Below are positions 58,770 through 64,000 of a DNA stretch of 64,000 nucleotides, in pieces. Origin of the DNA: Psammoneis japonica (lineage: Eukaryota). The stretch lies in assembly GCA_008632985.1 (NCBI GenBank), contig QPGO01000013.1, forward strand, positions 186,001-250,000, given 5' to 3'. The notes below the pieces were generated by a model that did no database searches, was not told where the DNA came from, and was given only the letters and a program-made list of their open reading frames with translations. Made by a program: the position numbers and the translations under genes. How positions within the stretch are numbered: position 1 is the first letter of the stretch; each line of letters begins with the position of its first letter.

Positions 58770-59698
58770 ATGAACGCTATTGTTGGTGAAATGCCGGACA
58801 TGATGCCTTCGTGGGCTTATGAGGAGTCAGAGCAGGAGAAAGAAACCGAGCCTCTGGTATCGGATCACACAAATTCTTGGGAAAAAGACAATGCCTATGC
58901 ATCAATTGTTGATAAGAAACAAGAACGCAAGGACGACGACAACAACAACGATGAATCAGCTCAAGTCGACAACAATGACGAAGAACCCGAACCACCACCA
59001 AAGCACCCATGCCTACATGTGTTTGGAGTCTTTGAAATGTTTGCAATCGTAACGTGCGTTCGCCTTTTGCTCATGCAACTCATTCCGCTGTTCCTTGCGC
59101 CACTGAATCAAATCGGACTACTCCAAGTAACTCTCAGGTAAAAAGCTGTGTTATTGAGCTTGGGAACATTTGTATTGCGGTTTGTCTTTCAAATATCATC
59201 TAAAATTTTCGTTCATGTACCTGTTTTACTACTTTCAGAATCTATGTATCGCTCTGTTGTCTTTTATTTGTCATGGTGGAACTTGAAGTCCCGATTGCCT
59301 TTATTCAGGATTCGACCTTGTTGCAGAGTTACATTTCCAGAGGCTTCTTGTATTCCTTTGTTGGTCTCATTGGGACAGAGGAATCCTACGCCGTGTTTGT
59401 TCAAGAGCTCAAGGCGGAAAGCTACAACAGACATCAATACGAGGAGTTTCATGTGGCGTGGGAATCGCTATTTACCAAGGGTGCCTCGCTCATCATGGTG
59501 GTTTTGGGATTTGTGTATATGATTTTGGGAGTCTTGTGTATAAGAGGGTATCGAGAACATTTGAAAAGCACGCGTCAACAAGAAATGGATATGTATCAAC
59601 TAGAAAAGCTACAATATGAACAGAGACACAATGAGAAGAAGGAACCAATCGCCTACTCGGATTATTTCAAAAAAGGCACTGAATATATCAATTGCTGA
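58770..59698 (+). CDS. Multi-pass membrane protein, COPI-associated/TVP15-like
   Basis: Intron ~59138-59238; LLQSYISRGFLYSFVGLIG motif and four hydrophobic segments. Confidence 0.6.
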
Positions 59699-59996
59699 CC
59701 GACAGTCTTTTTGATAATGTTTCTTCAAATTCGCCACCATGTCAACGTTTTTTTTTAGAGTTTCGAGAAATCGATTCTGAGGGCGCATGGCAAGCTATTG
59801 TATCTGCCGGGACGGAACCGGAACGTGGGAGAAGGATCTGATCCATACACATCAGAACCGCTACTCCGACCGCATCGTGCTATTTCGTTCAGAAGAGCAT
59901 GTAATCATGATAGATTCATGTATAGCTATTATAGTTATGCTTGTGGCGACTTCTGTCGGGGAGGTTTCTATTGCTGCCGACGCATCAGGTTCCGAG

Positions 59997-62810
59997 CTAT
60001 AACTTTGTCAACTTTTTTCGGGGGGTAGCCTTTCGCGATTTGCTTTGGGTTGCTTTATTGTTGTGCTTGCTTCGCAGCGGACTTTGCGACTTTTGCCGGC
60101 GCTCCGTTGATTGTGTCTGGTTCGGAGCATTGACCTGCTGTCGAAACCATTTCAGTATTTCGTTAATGCTTTGAAAGGTGATTGGTTTCCCTGCCACAAT
60201 GTCAACAAGGGCAAACCCATCATGATTGTTCTTTCTTCTCGACGATCCTTCTTCATCATCTGATCCAACGGTATTGTGCTCGTTGCTAAAGAGCTCGCCA
60301 TTCACAACGGTTCCATTAGACTTGATCTTGCGTCGTTTCATTTCTGTAGTCAGGCCTTCGATATCTGCTGTTGTCATGCAGATGAACACCTTTGGGCCGC
60401 CACCATCTTGAGTTATTCGACGAATAGACTGTGTAGCTGTGAGACCACAGACTCCTGGCATGTGCCAGTCCATCAAAAACAGCAACACATCATTAGGTGT
60501 CGCCGCCTCCACCATTTCGATAGCGGCCTGACCATCGGAAAGAGAGTGAATGGGCAATGATGTGGATCGAGACAGCATTTTCACCATCACCTTGACATTT
60601 ATTGGAGTATCGTCTACTACGACGATTTTGGAGCCGCTCATATTTTCGATTTCTGGGGTAACGGTTTTTCTCTTTGTTCCAGCGAGAAGAGATTCCGAAC
60701 TATCACGTCTGTCTTTCTTTAATTTCACATCGTTTTCGTCATTGCCATTCAATTCATCATAGGTTCTTTTGTGCCCATTCAATGTGGCACCATCCGCGAA
60801 AGCTTTCAGGATTGGTCTCCTCGCGTCATCCACTCTACCGGTACCTGTTCCGCCGCCAGAAATACTATCATGCTTGTGTTCATATTCGCTCAATTTCGAT
60901 AGGCTTCACTTCTTTTGGAGGATAGGCTAGAGAGTTTGTCACTGAGTCACCGAGAGAAGAGGGCGAAATTGGGTTGGAATCTGATACGGAAGTATGCAAA
61001 GAAGCTGTGGACTTGCAAGTGCAGCCCGAAACGCTTCCCCCATCCTGACCAGCGGAAGAGGTCGTCGGAAGACCGCATGTGCGTCCTTTAACTCGCCAAA
61101 AGATTTGGAAACAAATCGTGTCCACAATAGACAAACACTAGCCACCCCGACTGCTTCATTTGCGATACCAGGATTGGAATCAGAATCTTCGATCATACTG
61201 GAGAAATGCAAGTCGACGACATTCATTTGTCGCGCAGTCCTTGCGTTCAATGGCATCGGTCAATTCCATGCGTGATTGAACAACGTGTATGTTTGCATTC
61301 AACGGTGCCATTGATCTGACAAGGCTTTCACAGGAGGTCCGGGACTCCTGTTCCGAGTCCCATAAAACTATTCGACACACAGGTGCGTTAAGGTTCAACG
61401 TTTCAGATTCGACGTTCTTTTGCTCCTTCTTAAACTCGAGAGTAAAGTAGAATCGAGTACCCGACCAGGCTTCCCATCAACTCCAATATTTCCTCCCATC
61501 ATCTGCACAAAATCTCTGCAAATAGTAAGCCCGAGACCAGTGCCCTTGTGACGACGCGAAACTGCGCCTTGTTCACCTTGGTGGAAAGGCTCAAACAACA
61601 TTTCTGGGTTTTGTTCATGTATGCCGACGCCGGTATCTTCGACTTCAAAGTCACAAATCACCTTACCAGACACTGTCGGAGGCGACATTTTTACCCGGAT
61701 TGTGATGCTTCCCGTTTCGGTAAACTTCAAGGCATTTCCGACTAGATTGAGGAGTACTTGTCTGAGCTTCACTGCCATGCCCCTAACTTCGGCTGTAGTG
61801 TCTCCCGTAAACTCCACTTTGAGTTTGATGCCCTTGGCTTCTACCGTCGCTGCAAAGATCTCCGCGACGTCATCAATGCAGGATGCTAATCGAAACGGTC
61901 TCTCCATTGCCACTAGATCCTCCTTCGCCGCCATCAAAACGTCATCACATATACCCAAGATGCTGTCAAGACATCTTTTCAAAGTCAACGCATTTTCCAT
62001 ATCATACTCGGTCATTGATTCAGAGTTCACCAAGAGATCAACACTTCCAACGATACCGTTCAGGGGAGTTCTGAGTTCGTGTGTGACTCGATGAAGCACA
62101 TCGCGTCTTATTTCAGCAAGCTTAGCAGCCGACCGCGAAGCCTGGGCATGCACCAATAGGGAGTTTTGCGACTGTCTTACTATTGACACAAGGACCGCGC
62201 TGTTCCCCAAAATCACCATGGCCAGGGGAATGAATCTGTCGGCGAATATTATTCCCTTCTGATGAGGCGCAATCGGTTCTGAAATGCAGTTTCCACTCAA
62301 GTCTACAGCGAAAATCACCAACAACCCTGCCATCACACCAGCAGCTGATATCAGAACTGCTTTTGGCGTCCGAAACAAGAATCCACAAGCACATGGAATA
62401 AATCCATAGATCGCTGGGACTAACGAAGCTGAGCATCCCTGATGCAAGGAATGTCTCAGAATCGCCAGGATATATGATGCGATGTACCAACCCATTTGTG
62501 TCAACAAATCTTCGCAGATAATTGACGTGAACATCCCGAATACTGAAAGAAGCAACGGATCCATGACTGCGTTAAGTTCCTCCCCTCCAATATACCCTAA
62601 TAATGCCCCCAGGCCAGCTCCACAAATGAGAACGAGTCGACTCCACCGGCAAGTTTTCATTACCAATTCCAACTCGACTGCGTCGTGTAGCTCCTTCATT
62701 TTCTCATCGTTTTTCACTAATTCAAAAAGAGACGGTAACAGACTGCTGCTACTGTCACCTTCTATGCGAGAAGGAATACCGCTGTTGCGGCGCTGATTAG
62801 GAAAACCCAT
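59997..62810 (-). pseudogene. Membrane-bound hybrid histidine kinase (HisKA-HATPase-receiver) broken by several frameshifts
   Basis: THELRTPLNG H-box, QVLLNLVGNALKFT, DTGVGI, GTGLGL, and receiver VVDD..LMDWHMP..GKP. Frame changes at ~61462, ~61230, ~61010 and ~60895. Confidence 0.8.
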
Positions 62811-63190
62811 TGTCAAGCTTGCTCCTCTTTCCTCTTGGACTTGCGGCTTGATGCTTTGCGATGCAGTTCTCTGTTCTATGCGTTCTTTGTGTTCTGCTTC
62901 CTGGCTTGCGCGCAGAAAGTTGACATGCCCGCCTGGCTGTCACATTGTCACAACTGGGCGCCGTTCCAGTTCCCGAGCACCTCAACTTGCTCCCAAATTG
63001 AAGGAAGTCCACAACTCGAGTTGTGGACTTTGACGCAAGCTGGGCTGGAAGTTGCTGTGTTGACAGACCAACAACGTGAAGCTGCTTTTTCATGAACAAG
63101 CAAGGTTGTAGTAAAAAATGCCTCCCAAGAGCCGAGTTCAAACAAAGATCAACGGCTGCTTTTTCTGCTTCACACATGGAGCACGCGGGG

Positions 63191-63466
63191 TGACAGAAAA
63201 TGAAGGCAAATGGCAAGAATTCAAACAACAACTCCTTGCTGCTGTCTAAATGGCAGATGAGTCTCCGCTCAGAGACCGTTGCAGGAGCCGAAAGACGTGC
63301 AAGTCGGCACAATCGGGCTGCTGTCATTGTTCTTGTGAGCCTTGTGGCTCGAAAGCAAACCACATCACGCGTGAACGCGCGGAACTAAAGCACACAAAAC
63401 TGTGCACGGTAAACTAAACAGCGCGCGATGCTTCGCGCGCACCTAAATCCTGTTCAAATCCTGTCA
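63191..63466 (-). repeat. Copia 3' LTR, same family as 11364-11639
   Basis: 276-bp reverse-complement match; adjacent PPT (ctccccagt on the + strand). Confidence 0.95.
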
Positions 63467-64000
63467 CTCCCCAGTTTGCTTGAGGAGCCACAGAAACAGA
63501 TTCGACTTCGGATGGAATGAAGTTCCAGAACATGAGGGGGCGGAGAAGGTCCCAGATTTGGGAGCAACCCCAATGCTTGCTGAGAATGTCAGCAGGGTTG
63601 CGGGAGCCTTCGATGAAGTGGAACTCAAGGTGGCCAGAGGCAATTGCCTCACGCACACGGTGGAACGACAGTGCGGTGTGTCGCTTGTGTAACTTGGAGT
63701 GCGGGATGGTGGCACTGTCTACAACCGACTTGTTGTCACCGAACATGCAACTGACATTACGGATCGGGACGCCAAGGTGGCGCAGGGTGATGCGCAGGTC
63801 GATAATCTGCTCAACACAAGTCCTTGCGGCAACAAATTCAGACCCGCAGGTCGCAGTCTCCACGGTGGCTTGTTTCTTAGAGAACCAATCAGCCGGGAAT
63901 TTGTTGAGGAAGTGGAGCATTCCCATGACAGAGCGTCCGGTGAGCATGCAATGGCACAAGTTTGCATCGACGTAGTGGGTGGCAGTGACGAACTTGCCAA
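63191..64000 (-). mobile_element. 3' end of a Ty1/copia (CoDi-like) retrotransposon with RNase H domain; runs off the window
   Basis: WFSKKQATVETATCGSEFVAA, FGDNKSV, SFHRVREAIA and NPADILSKHW copia RNase H motifs, with Tyr->Cys/His changes. Confidence 0.95.

Overview
Eukaryotic nuclear DNA, most likely a diatom (inferred from spliceosomal introns, an ASAFAP-type plastid-targeted PGK, CoDi-type Ty1/copia LTR elements and FEA1-like and LRR genes). Positions ~1-31.5 kb are repeat-rich. They hold a ~5.4-kb segmental duplication, a three-LTR non-autonomous copia element, a full-length Ty3/gypsy element and a MITE, with two unmutated gene islands: an M11-like metalloprotease and an EF-hand/ferritin-like gene. 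Positions ~31.5-63 kb are gene-dense (lipases, PGK, eIF4G, FEA1-like, RPL17, LRR protein, ubiquilin-like, hybrid histidine kinase) and contain a two-gene IS630/Tc1-like transposon and the 3' end of another copia element. The strongest signal is a repeat-associated hypermutation that converts TpA to TpG or CpA on both strands, the mirror image of fungal RIP. Older regions also show CpG to TpG/CpA loss. It is visible directly in LTR pairs, tandem repeats and paralogues, and it turns Tyr into Cys/His in transposon proteins, including the RT YxDD motif. All coordinates, alignments and counts were made by eye, and no database search was run.
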